Shown piece after piece: positions 11,088-19,691 of a stretch of DNA of 52,575 bases. Numbering within the stretch: the stretch's first letter is position 1; the number at the start of each line of letters is the position of its first letter. The notes under the pieces were generated by a model. It saw only the letters and a program-made list of their open reading frames with translations, was not told the DNA's origin and ran no database searches. This DNA comes from Candidatus Aenigmarchaeota archaeon LH_S7. GTDB lineage: Archaea > Aenigmatarchaeota > Aenigmatarchaeia > QMZS01. The translations under genes and the position numbers were made by a program. The stretch is taken from NCBI GenBank assembly GCA_023659895.1, contig JAGXOL010000004.1, forward strand, positions 1-52,575. The letters are read 5' to 3'.

Positions 11088-11870
11088 CTATGTAAGTGAG
11101 AATGTGGTCTTTAATTTTTCACCAAGTATTGAGTTAGGATATACAACAATACCTTTGTTTTCAACAATTTTCATTTCAACAATTTTTCTTTTAATATTTA
11201 TTCCTCTCATCTTTAAAACTTCTATGGCAGAACTTCTTTTCCCATATCTCTCTATAATACTATAAAGACCAATAATTCCATCTGCAAGGAAACTTATAAC
11301 CTCACCTTTTTCTGAATAAGTCATTCCGAGATGTGTTGGATGAGCAACTTCTCTGATTAAAAAACTTGTAATATTGCTTCTCTCTAAATACCTGAAAAAT
11401 TGCTCCATATAAATTCTAAACCTGCTCTCTTTTCCACTAAAAGCTGCTGCTATTGATGACAGACTATCTACAATAATGATATCAGGACTAAAATCTTTTG
11501 GCATCAAAATAGGGTGTATATCAATTAATAATTCTCTTTTAGCCTCAGAAAGCATGGCTTCAACAGATCTTGAAATATCTATTGCTCTGAATCTTTTTAA
11601 TCTTAGTAATCCTTGTTTTTCAAATTTTTCTGGATTCCAGTTAAATCCCTGCATATGTTCTTTTAATTTTTTTTCTGGCTCCTCAAAACTCATATACAGA
11701 ACTTTCTTCCCATTCAAGCAGGCATTGTTGGCAAGTTGCAAACAGAAAATTGTTTTGCCAGAACCAGGTCCTCCTTCAACTAGCACACTTGAACCGATTG
11801 GAATTCCTTTTCCAAGTAATTTATCAAATCCTTTTATTCCAGATTTGAAAAATTTTTCTTTAGTATCCAT
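11088..11870 (-). CDS. KaiC/RAD55-like (RecA superfamily) single-domain ATPase
   Basis: FFKSGIKGFDKLLGKGIP, Walker A GGPGSGKT, SFEE, Walker B IIVDS, ADGII, EVLKMRG. Confidence 0.9.
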   Translation of the reverse strand: MDTKEKFFKSGIKGFDKLLGKGIPIGSSVLVEGGPGSGKTIFCLQLANNACLNGKKVLYMSFEEPEKKLKEHMQGFNWNPEKFEKQGLLRLKRFRAIDISRSVEAMLSEAKRELLIDIHPILMPKDFSPDIIIVDSLSSIAAAFSGKESRFRIYMEQFFRYLERSNITSFLIREVAHPTHLGMTYSEKGEVISFLADGIIGLYSIIERYGKRSSAIEVLKMRGINIKRKIVEMKIVENKGIVVYPNSILGEKLKTTFSLT

Positions 11871-12183
11871 AATTATATTTATATAATATATAAGTGGCTA
11901 CATCCCATATTCAACTAAATGACCAGAGATAAATAAAGAAGTTACTCAAATCTTAATCCCCTTTCTTCTTAGAAACATTAATCCTCTCAATATCAAAACA
12001 TTTTAAAACAGAAAAATCAGTATAAAAAATACTCTACTAAAACTAACAAATATTTCTACAATCAGTTTAGATAAACCCAAAGGAATAGATGCAGGTATTT
12101 TCCTAATTCTATGTAGAGCACCTACTGCAATTTCTAATTTATCAAATCCCTCTAAAACCTTTCTCAAACTGCGGAGAATCCTG

Positions 12184-12294
12184 GTCTTATCACCAACTCC
12201 TCAATGTTTCTATCTACCTTTGTTTTTATCTTTGGGTTTAATCTCTTTATCAACTTGCCCATAAAATCGCTTAAATTTTATTTTGGGATGCAGC
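12184..12294 (+). repeat. Direct repeat, left copy (flanks defence island)
   Basis: First 32 bp identical to 18859-18890, then a 16-bp insert, then 63 bp with 6 mismatches to 18891-18953. Confidence 0.9.
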
Positions 12295-12461
12295 CGTTTT
12301 ATGGAGTAGAGCTAGTCCTTAAGAAGTTAGGAATAGATTTCAATTAATATTTTAATTTATCAGTTTATTTATGGCTCAGAAGAAAATTACTGAAATAAAT
12401 TTAGAGTTTGAGATTTTTGTTGATGAAGGATTAAAAAAGAATGGTAGCGGGAGAGAATAAA

Positions 12462-13166
12462 ATGGAGAAAAAGAAAGATCAAATAAAAAAATCATTTACT
12501 CTCCATGATTTGCCAAGATCTGAAAGACCACGAGAGCGGTTAGTTCAGTTTGGCGAGCAGGCACTTTCAGCTCAGGAATTGCTCCAGTTGATTTTGGGGC
12601 GCGGTGTAGCTGGTGAATCTGTTATGATAACATCCCAAAAATTACTTTCTCATTTTGGTAGTCTTCAGAAATTAGCCGAAGCTAGCCTTGAAGAATTATA
12701 CTCAATTAAAAGAATTGGACTGGCTAAAGCAGCGCAAATAAAGGCTGTTTTTGAAATTGCCCGCAGACTCGCCACTCAAGACACCCCTTACAAAAGCAAA
12801 GAATTGAATCATCCAGAAGATATTTATAAACACATCAAAAGCAAATTAAAGGATTATAGCAAAGAACATTTTTATTTGATTGCTCTAAATTCTCGTAATT
12901 ATTCAATCAATGAAGTTTCTATCGGCACTCTTAATGCTAACCTTATCCATCCTCGCGAAGTTTTTGCTGAAGCTATCAAAATCAGAGCTGCTCAAATTAT
13001 TATCGCCCACAATCATCCTTCAGGTAACCCTGAACCATCAGAAGATGATTTAGAAATTACAAAGCAGCTAGTAGAAGCCAGTAAAATTTTAGGTATAGAG
13101 ATATCTGACCATATTATTGTTGCTAAAGACAGTTTCTTTAGTTTCAAAGATAAAGGGTTGATCTAA
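12462..13166 (+). CDS. radC: RadC/UPF0758 family JAB-domain protein
   Basis: LPRSERPRERL...ALSAQELLQLIL N-terminus, HhH region, JAMM motif E...HNHPSGNPEPSEDD. Start at 12462 preferred; in-frame ATG also at 12441. Confidence 0.92.
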   Translation: MEKKKDQIKKSFTLHDLPRSERPRERLVQFGEQALSAQELLQLILGRGVAGESVMITSQKLLSHFGSLQKLAEASLEELYSIKRIGLAKAAQIKAVFEIARRLATQDTPYKSKELNHPEDIYKHIKSKLKDYSKEHFYLIALNSRNYSINEVSIGTLNANLIHPREVFAEAIKIRAAQIIIAHNHPSGNPEPSEDDLEITKQLVEASKILGIEISDHIIVAKDSFFSFKDKGLI

Positions 13167-13170
13167 AATT

Positions 13171-14862
13171 ATGACAAAAAACAATAAACAATCAGAAATA
13201 GAAAAATTAAAAACTGAGATTGATCGATTGAAAAAAGAATTGAAGAAAAAGAAAAAATATGGTTTAGTCTGGGAAGACAAATCTGAAGATGTGGTAGAGA
13301 TGTGCAAAGAGAAATTGCCGATAGTAAAGGAAGTAAAGAGTAGGGAAATAATCACTAACAAAAATAAACCAGTTAATTTATTGATTGAAGGAGATAATTA
13401 TCATGCGCTCTCAGTTTTAAATTATACTCACGCCAAAAAAGTTGATGTTATTTATATTGATCCTCCCTATAATACCGGTAATAAAGATTTTATTTTCAAT
13501 GATAAATATATTGACCCCGAAGATGGCTACCGACATTCGAAATGGCTTTCTTTTATAGAGAAAAGATTAAAGTTGGCGAGGAATTTATTAAAAAATACAG
13601 GAGTAATTTTTATTTCAATCAATGATAATGAAGTGGCACAGTTGAAAGCATTGATGGATGAAGTGTTTCAAGGTAATTTTATTGCAAATATTATATGGAG
13701 AAAAAGAGCAGGGGGTGGCAATGATAGTAGATATATTGCTGTAGACCATGAATACATTTTAGTCTATAGCAAAACAAAAAATCCTAAATTTTATACTTTA
13801 CCCCTAATAACAAAACAGCTTAAAAGTTACAAACATCAAGATGAAAAAATTAGCACACACGGTCCTTATATGCTAAAGCCATTACACGAACCCACTCTTC
13901 AAGATAGTAAAGGATTGCATTACGATATAAAGTGTCCCGACGGAACAATATTAAAAGGTAACGAACATCAATGGAAATGTAACCGAGAAACTTTTTTGAA
14001 GAGATTAAAGGATAATAGAATAATTTTTAAACGAGATAGAAGGGGTCAATGGAAGGTTTACTACAAGATACATTTAAACGAAAAAGAGGGAGAGTTAATA
14101 TTTGATGAGAATGGAAATATCGCTCAAAGAGAAAGATTGCCACTGTCTATTCTATATGACCTAGTCTTAAATAGTGAGGGTGGAAGAGAGATTAAAGAAA
14201 TCTTCAACATAAAAACTCCAAAAGAAGTTTTTTCTAATCCTAAACCTGTAGATTTAATAAAACATCTTTTAAATTTCTCAACAAACAAGCATTCAGTCAT
14301 TTTAGATTTTATGGCTGGTACTGGCACTACTGGACAAGCAGCTTTAGAACTCAATAAAGAAGACGGCGGTAATCGTCAATTTATTCTTTGCACTAATAAT
14401 GAGAATAATATCTGTACTAATGTTTGTTATCCGAGAATTAAGAAAGTTATTGAGGGATATAAAAACTTAAAAGACGAAAAAGTTGAGGGCTTGGGTGGCA
14501 ACCTAAAATATTTCAAAACCGATTTTGTTGATTCCGAGCCAACAGATAAAAATAAAAAGAAATTGACCGAACAAGCAACAGAGATGCTTTGTATAAAAGA
14601 AGAAACTTTTGAGCCAGTAACTAACAATGAAAGATTTAAGATTTTCAAAAATTCTAACCATTACACCGGCATTATTTGGGAACAGTTAGCTATTCCAGAA
14701 TTTAAAAAAGCAATAAAAAACATTAAGGGTAAATTTAGTGTCTATGTTTTTTCCTTGGGTGATGAAACTTTTGATGAAGAATTTGCTGATGTTAAACAAA
14801 AAATTAAACTTTCTCCTATACCAGAAGCAATTTTAAGAGTGTATAGGAGAAGTTTTAGGTAA
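13171..14862 (+). CDS. mod: Type III R-M DNA methyltransferase (Mod, beta-class amino-MTase)
   Basis: KYGLVW and LLIEGDN N-terminal motifs, motif IV IYIDPPYNTG, NPKP, motif I ILDFMAGTGTTG; order IV-TRD-I. Confidence 0.92.
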   Translation: MTKNNKQSEIEKLKTEIDRLKKELKKKKKYGLVWEDKSEDVVEMCKEKLPIVKEVKSREIITNKNKPVNLLIEGDNYHALSVLNYTHAKKVDVIYIDPPYNTGNKDFIFNDKYIDPEDGYRHSKWLSFIEKRLKLARNLLKNTGVIFISINDNEVAQLKALMDEVFQGNFIANIIWRKRAGGGNDSRYIAVDHEYILVYSKTKNPKFYTLPLITKQLKSYKHQDEKISTHGPYMLKPLHEPTLQDSKGLHYDIKCPDGTILKGNEHQWKCNRETFLKRLKDNRIIFKRDRRGQWKVYYKIHLNEKEGELIFDENGNIAQRERLPLSILYDLVLNSEGGREIKEIFNIKTPKEVFSNPKPVDLIKHLLNFSTNKHSVILDFMAGTGTTGQAALELNKEDGGNRQFILCTNNENNICTNVCYPRIKKVIEGYKNLKDEKVEGLGGNLKYFKTDFVDSEPTDKNKKKLTEQATEMLCIKEETFEPVTNNERFKIFKNSNHYTGIIWEQLAIPEFKKAIKNIKGKFSVYVFSLGDETFDEEFADVKQKIKLSPIPEAILRVYRRSFR

Positions 14863-14864
14863 TT

Positions 14865-15713
14865 ATGACAATTCCAGAATCACAATTAGAAACATGGGCG
14901 CATCAGGGTGCAATTACAACTGCTAAGGCTACCCATGAATCTATAAGAAATGCTTTAGATTCTTATGAATGGCCTGATGGTGTAAATTTTAAAGTTTATC
15001 TCCAAGGCTCATATAAAAACAATACTAATATTCGTGGCGATAGCGATGTAGATGTTGTAGCTCAACTTAACTCAACTTTTTGTAGCAATTTATCCAAAGA
15101 CCAAAAAAGAATTTTGGGCTTAACTTCTGCCACTTATCACTTATCCGATTTTAGGGTAGATGTTTTAAAAATTCTAAAAGATTATTACGGCCAGAGCCAA
15201 ATAACCGAAGGCAACAAATCAATTAAGATAAAAGCGAATAATGGAAGATTGCCTGCTGATGTAATTGTTTGTGCTCAGTACAGACGATATAAAACTGTAA
15301 ATATCAATGGTTATGTTGAGGGAATGTGTTTCTGGACCAAAAACGACGATAGACAAATAATAAATTATCCAAAAGTTCACTATGACAATGGAGTTTCAAA
15401 ACATCAAGACAGCAATAAATGGTATAAACCAGTAGTGAGGTTATTAAAAAACAGCCGAGGAAATATTCCCGGAGATGCAACGCCATCATATTTTTTGGAG
15501 TGTATGCTTTATAATGTGCCTAATTCTAAATTCGGAACAAGTTATCACAATACCTTTTGCAATGTTGTGAATTGGCTTAATGAAAATAGTTTAGATAATT
15601 TTGTTTGCCAAAATGGGCAATTGGAACTTTTTGGTCTGACGCAAGATCAGTGGGACACAAATCAAGCAAAGATATTTATTAAAAATCTTATTTCACTTTG
15701 GAATAACTGGTAA
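14865..15713 (+). CDS. cdnE: CD-NTase (cGAS/DncV-like nucleotidyltransferase), CdnE clade
   Basis: MTIPESQLETWAHQGA, LQGSY, RGDSDVDVV (DxD), ADVIVC, INYPKVH, YKPVVRLLKN, PSYFLECMLYNVP; closely resembles Rhodothermus marinus CdnE as recalled from memory. Confidence 0.93.
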   Translation: MTIPESQLETWAHQGAITTAKATHESIRNALDSYEWPDGVNFKVYLQGSYKNNTNIRGDSDVDVVAQLNSTFCSNLSKDQKRILGLTSATYHLSDFRVDVLKILKDYYGQSQITEGNKSIKIKANNGRLPADVIVCAQYRRYKTVNINGYVEGMCFWTKNDDRQIINYPKVHYDNGVSKHQDSNKWYKPVVRLLKNSRGNIPGDATPSYFLECMLYNVPNSKFGTSYHNTFCNVVNWLNENSLDNFVCQNGQLELFGLTQDQWDTNQAKIFIKNLISLWNNW

Positions 15714-15714
15714 T

Positions 15715-16299
15715 ATGCATCCATATTCAATAGATACAGAGGAAAGAAAAAATATTTTATTGTCCTTGGCAATAATTGGCGTTGCTTTTTCTTGGAGTTT
15801 TTACAAAATACTCGGCAACTATCAAATCTCTTTGCCGTGGTGGGTTGAAAGTCCCTCTATATTGTTTTTCTATGGGGTACTTTTTATTGTTTTTGATAAA
15901 TGGGCTTGGAAAATTTTTGGAAGAATCGGTTTTGTAAAAACTCCTAACTTAAACGGGGAATGGAACGGGGATTTAAAAACTTCTTTTGATGAGCATTCAT
16001 CGGAAGTAAAAGCAACTTTAAAGATTTTTCAAGATTGGACAAAAATAAAAATCATTTTAATCACCAAGGGATCATCGTCTTATAATGAAACCGCGTCTTT
16101 TGTTATAGAAGCGCCAGAAGGAATACATTTAAGCTATCAATATATTAATGAACCAAAATCAAGTGCCACAAAAACGATGAGAATTCATAGGGGAACCGCG
16201 CGACTACTTTTTAATGAAAAAGAAAATACGCTTGTTGGGGAATACTATTCAGGCAGGGATAGACAAAATTTTGGAAGTTTAAATTTTAAAAGAGATTAA
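15715..16299 (+). CDS. cap15: CBASS effector Cap15 (2TM + SMODS-associated beta-barrel)
   Basis: MHPYSID start, two TM helices, FDKWAWK, PNLNGEWNG, IFQDW, YQYINEP, HRGT, LVGEYYSGRDRQNFG; immediately downstream of the CD-NTase. Confidence 0.9.
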   Translation: MHPYSIDTEERKNILLSLAIIGVAFSWSFYKILGNYQISLPWWVESPSILFFYGVLFIVFDKWAWKIFGRIGFVKTPNLNGEWNGDLKTSFDEHSSEVKATLKIFQDWTKIKIILITKGSSSYNETASFVIEAPEGIHLSYQYINEPKSSATKTMRIHRGTARLLFNEKENTLVGEYYSGRDRQNFGSLNFKRD

Positions 16300-16301
16300 T
16301 T

Positions 16302-18533
16302 ATGCCACTAAAAATTTATCAAGAAGATGCAACAGATGAGTTATTAGATAAAGCTAAACGGCTTTTAGGTCGTTCTGGTGAAAAGAAACTTGTTTTCAAA
16401 GCGCCTACTGGTTCGGGTAAAACGATAATGATGGCAGAGTTTTTAAAACAATTAGTTGAAGATCGAGAATTAAGGCAACCTCTTTCTTTTATTTGGACCG
16501 CACCACGCCCAGTTTTAACTAAGCAAAGCAAAAAGAAATTAGAAAATTATTTTGAAGAAAGCAGAGCCTTAAAATGTTCTTTTTTTGAAGATTTGGATGA
16601 CAGAAAAATTGGTGAAAATGAAATTTTATTTTTCAATTGGGAGAGCATCAATAAAAAGGACAATATTTATATTCGTGATAATGAGCAAGATTTCAATTTG
16701 TCAAAGGTGTTAGAGAAGACAAAAGAAGAAGGGCGAGAAATAGTTTTGGTAATTGATGAAGCGCATCATCATGCTACAAGTGAAATTTCTCAAGGGCTGA
16801 TTGCAATGATTGGACCAAAATTAACATTAGAAGTTTCTGCAACACCTGTTTTACAAGGTGACGAAATGGCAAATGTGGATTTAGAAGATGTTAAAACCGA
16901 GGGAATGATTAAAAAAGCAGTGGTTCTTAATGAAAAATTTGTCAATCTTTTAAAGAAAGGGAAAATTGAATCAGATTTAAGTGGTGGAAGTGAGGGATTG
17001 GTTATTAAAGCGGCATTGCAGAAAAGAGAAGAATTATTAAAGGCGTTCCAAAAGGAAAAAACAAACATAAATCCTCTTGTTTTGATTCAGCTCCCAGATA
17101 GAATCGGCCAGCTTGAAGACACGATGAAAGATAGAGTAATTAGAATTCTGAAAGATAAATATAAGGTTTCAACTGAAAATGGAAAGTTAGCTATTTGGCT
17201 TTCTGGAGAGCATGTTAATAAAGAAGAGGTAGAAAATAGTGATAGTGAAGTAGAGATATTGATTTTTAAGCAGGCAATTGCTTTGGGTTGGGATTGTCCA
17301 CGAGCACAGATTTTAGTTTTATTTAGAGAGTGGCATAGTCCTATTTTTTCAATCCAAACCGTTGGCAGAATTATGAGGATGCCTGAACCAATTAAGGGGC
17401 ACTATGATAATGAAGTTTTAAACTATGGTTATGTTTATACTAATTTAGAAGGTATTGAAATTAAAGAAGATATCGCCCGCGATTATATTACTATTCATCC
17501 AAGCAAAAGACGAGACGATTATAGCCCTATCAATTTATTGTCTTGTTATTCAAAACGCCAGCGTGAGAAGACAAGATTATCACCATTTTTTATAGAATTA
17601 TTTTTGAAAGAAGCAAAAGATTATGGATTAAAAAAGAAAATAGATACGAAAGCAAAGAAATTAGATATAAAAGTATTCAGTGATTGGAAAGCCGAAAATA
17701 TCGATGTATTAGCTGGGAAAATGATTGCAGGCGATAAAGAAATTAAAGTAAGTGCCTTTGATTCACAACGATTATTTGATTTTTTTACAAGAAAGAGTTT
17801 AAGAGAAGGTGAAGTTTTTCTATATCCAGAAGATAGATCCGCTGGTCGGATCAAAGAAGCAATTTATAAATTTTTTGAAACAGCGTTTAAAATGAGGCGT
17901 GGAGAACAAGAAGACGAAGTTGTCCAGATTGTTTTGAGTGAAAAAAACATACAACATTTTGTCAATATAATTGATAAAAGTAAAGTAGAATATCAGAAGG
18001 AAATAGCAAAGCGAGAGCCAGAACTTGTCTTTGAGGATAACTGGAATATACCAGAATCATTAACCTTCGGAGAGGATTATATAGAAGAAGACAGAAAAAG
18101 ATCTATCATGCAACCGTTTTGTAGTGGTAGTCGTTGGAGCACAGAAAAAGCTTTCATAGAATTTCTAGATAACTCAAAAAATATAGAATGGTGGTTTAAG
18201 AATGGAGATCGTGATAAGACTTTCTTTGCTGTACCATACGAAGAAAGTGGATTAAAAAAACCTTTTTATGTTGATTTTATTGTTAAATTAAAAAATGGTA
18301 AAATTGGGTTATTTGATGTTAAATCTGGGATAACTTTAAAAGTTGCACGGTCAAAGATAGATGGATTATATAATTATGTTCTGGAACAAAACAAAAAAGG
18401 AAAAAATCTTTTTGGTGGAATAACTACAAATACCGACCAAAGAAATTACCGTGGAAGATGGATTTATTTTAATCAGATAAGTAAAAACTTAAAAGAAAAT
18501 GATTTTAGCAATTGGCAAACTTTAGAATTATAG
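16302..18533 (+). CDS. res: Type III restriction enzyme Res subunit (SF2 helicase-like ATPase + PD-(D/E)xK nuclease)
   Basis: Walker A APTGSGKT, DEAHH, SAT, LGWDCPRA, QTVGRIMR; C-terminal FYVDFIV...LFDVKSG. Confidence 0.92.
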   Translation: MPLKIYQEDATDELLDKAKRLLGRSGEKKLVFKAPTGSGKTIMMAEFLKQLVEDRELRQPLSFIWTAPRPVLTKQSKKKLENYFEESRALKCSFFEDLDDRKIGENEILFFNWESINKKDNIYIRDNEQDFNLSKVLEKTKEEGREIVLVIDEAHHHATSEISQGLIAMIGPKLTLEVSATPVLQGDEMANVDLEDVKTEGMIKKAVVLNEKFVNLLKKGKIESDLSGGSEGLVIKAALQKREELLKAFQKEKTNINPLVLIQLPDRIGQLEDTMKDRVIRILKDKYKVSTENGKLAIWLSGEHVNKEEVENSDSEVEILIFKQAIALGWDCPRAQILVLFREWHSPIFSIQTVGRIMRMPEPIKGHYDNEVLNYGYVYTNLEGIEIKEDIARDYITIHPSKRRDDYSPINLLSCYSKRQREKTRLSPFFIELFLKEAKDYGLKKKIDTKAKKLDIKVFSDWKAENIDVLAGKMIAGDKEIKVSAFDSQRLFDFFTRKSLREGEVFLYPEDRSAGRIKEAIYKFFETAFKMRRGEQEDEVVQIVLSEKNIQHFVNIIDKSKVEYQKEIAKREPELVFEDNWNIPESLTFGEDYIEEDRKRSIMQPFCSGSRWSTEKAFIEFLDNSKNIEWWFKNGDRDKTFFAVPYEESGLKKPFYVDFIVKLKNGKIGLFDVKSGITLKVARSKIDGLYNYVLEQNKKGKNLFGGITTNTDQRNYRGRWIYFNQISKNLKENDFSNWQTLEL

Positions 18534-18858
18534 TGATATTACTTTCGTCATTTGATAACAAGTATATAGGCTTAACTAATTGAAAGAAATATACCCTTTC
18601 GTTCTTTTTCTTCCTCTTTTCTGAATTCACACTCAGGAATATTCCCAACAATCTCTTTTGTCATATTTTTTTAAGTCTAATAAAGTAAAACAATATTAAG
18701 TAAAGATTTTAAGATACTTTCCACATAATATATATTTATATTAAAAATATATAATTTTTTTATCTTAACCTCAAACTGTTTTTTATACTCTTTCATATAT
18801 GCACCTTGTTTGCTATTTTTCCAAGGAGGTGGAAGTTCTAAAACAACGTTTGCTATTA

Positions 18859-18953
18859 GTCTTATCACCAACTCCTCAATGTTTCTATCTTTGGGTTTAA
18901 TCTCTTTATCAGCTTGCCCCTAAAATCACTTAAATTTTATTTCGGGATATAGC
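18859..18953 (+). repeat. Direct repeat, right copy (flanks defence island)
   Basis: gtcttatcaccaactcctcaatgtttctatct + ttgggtttaatctctttatc...gggatatagc; matches 12184-12294. Confidence 0.9.
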
Positions 18954-18990
18954 TTATTGATAAATATTTAAATAGTTTTAGAATATATTT

Positions 18991-19323
18991 ATGGTAGTAA
19001 ATGTTAAAGCTTTCTCAGAAGTTGTAGGAAAAGATGTATTTACTTTAGATGGAAAATATTGTGGAAAAGTTAAGGATTTCAAAGCAGACTTGAGGAAATT
19101 CAAAGTAACATCCTTGATAATTGAGGCTTTTAAGGGAACTTTCCTTTCAGAGGTCTTAGGAGGAGAGAAGAAAGGAGTTATAGTACCATTTTCCGCTGTG
19201 GAAGCAGTTGATGATATTGTTTTAGTGAGGAATATTTTTAAAGGGGTTTCCGAGGAATCCAGTTCAGAGTCTTCAGGTGTCTCTGAACAATCCAAGCAAC
19301 AACAATCCTCTTACAAAAAATAA
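18991..19323 (+). CDS. PRC-barrel domain protein
   Basis: FSEVVGKDVFTLDGKYCGKVKD...VPFSAVEAVDDIVLV pattern. Confidence 0.88.
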   Translation: MVVNVKAFSEVVGKDVFTLDGKYCGKVKDFKADLRKFKVTSLIIEAFKGTFLSEVLGGEKKGVIVPFSAVEAVDDIVLVRNIFKGVSEESSSESSGVSEQSKQQQSSYKK

Positions 19324-19410
19324 TTTATTTTCTTTAATTTGATAAATCTTGAGAGAAATATTTATTTAATAATTAAATTATGGAATTGGTAGTACTATTA
19401 AGCAATTTTT

Positions 19411-19483
19411 AGCCTTGGGAGGGAATTGAACCCCCAACCTTAGGTTTACGAAACCTACGCTCTGCCAGTTGAGCTACCAAGGC
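19411..19483 (-). tRNA. tRNA-Thr(CGT), intronless, no encoded CCA
   Basis: Reverse complement folds as acceptor GCCTTGG/CCAAGGC, D-arm GCTC/GAGC, anticodon stem TAGGT/ACCTA with loop TTCGTAA, T-arm GGGGG-TTCAATT-CCCTC, discriminator T. Confidence 0.96.
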
Positions 19484-19509
19484 ACAATTAATTTAATTAC
19501 AAATAAGAA

Positions 19510-19683
19510 TTAAATCTTCAAACCAATTTCCTTCAATTTCTCCTTAACCATTGGAGCACAATCTCTGCAAACCCAAACCTCTTTCTTAGCAAATTTTGTC
19601 TTTTTCACAATCTGTAATCTCCCTACTTTGTGAGCCTTGAACTTTTTCCTGCAAACATCGCATTTATGTAATTTTACTGCCAT
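19510..19683 (-). CDS. Small basic zinc-finger protein (57 aa, CxxC...CxxC); not in the ORF track
   Basis: MAVKLHKCDVCRKKFKAHKVGRLQIVKKTKFAKKEVWVCRDCAPMVKEKLKEIGLKI*; TT-ATG start context. Confidence 0.75.
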   Translation of the reverse strand: MAVKLHKCDVCRKKFKAHKVGRLQIVKKTKFAKKEVWVCRDCAPMVKEKLKEIGLKI

Positions 19684-19691
19684 AAAGTATT

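Larger units (their letters stand above)
12184..18953. mobile_element. Direct-repeat-bounded defence island (radC-mod-cdnE-cap15-res), no integrase
   Basis: Flanking direct repeats; bacterial-type gene content; visibly more CG-containing codons (cgc, gcg, ccg) than flanking host genes; decayed sequence at both borders. Confidence 0.7.

Noticed and set aside
11890-12290. RelE-like toxin or second KaiC paralogue remnant
   Set aside because: Only brief resemblances (LNPKIKTKVDRNIEEL; MFLRRKGI..TSLFIS) across several stops and frames; not enough to name.
12462-13166. JAB gene as Cap3, making a type II CBASS
   Set aside because: It has the full RadC architecture, there is no Cap2 E1/E2 gene, and CdnE ends in WNNW without the C-terminal Gly/Ala used for conjugation.
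18677-18871. 64-aa track ORF as a real gene
   Set aside because: Starts inside the direct repeat at GTG, ends in low-complexity AT-rich sequence; more likely a remnant of the gene disrupted at the island border.
19411-19483. tRNA-Thr as the integration site of the defence island
   Set aside because: No duplicate of the tRNA 3' end at the left border, no integrase, and a PRC-barrel gene lies between the tRNA and the repeat.
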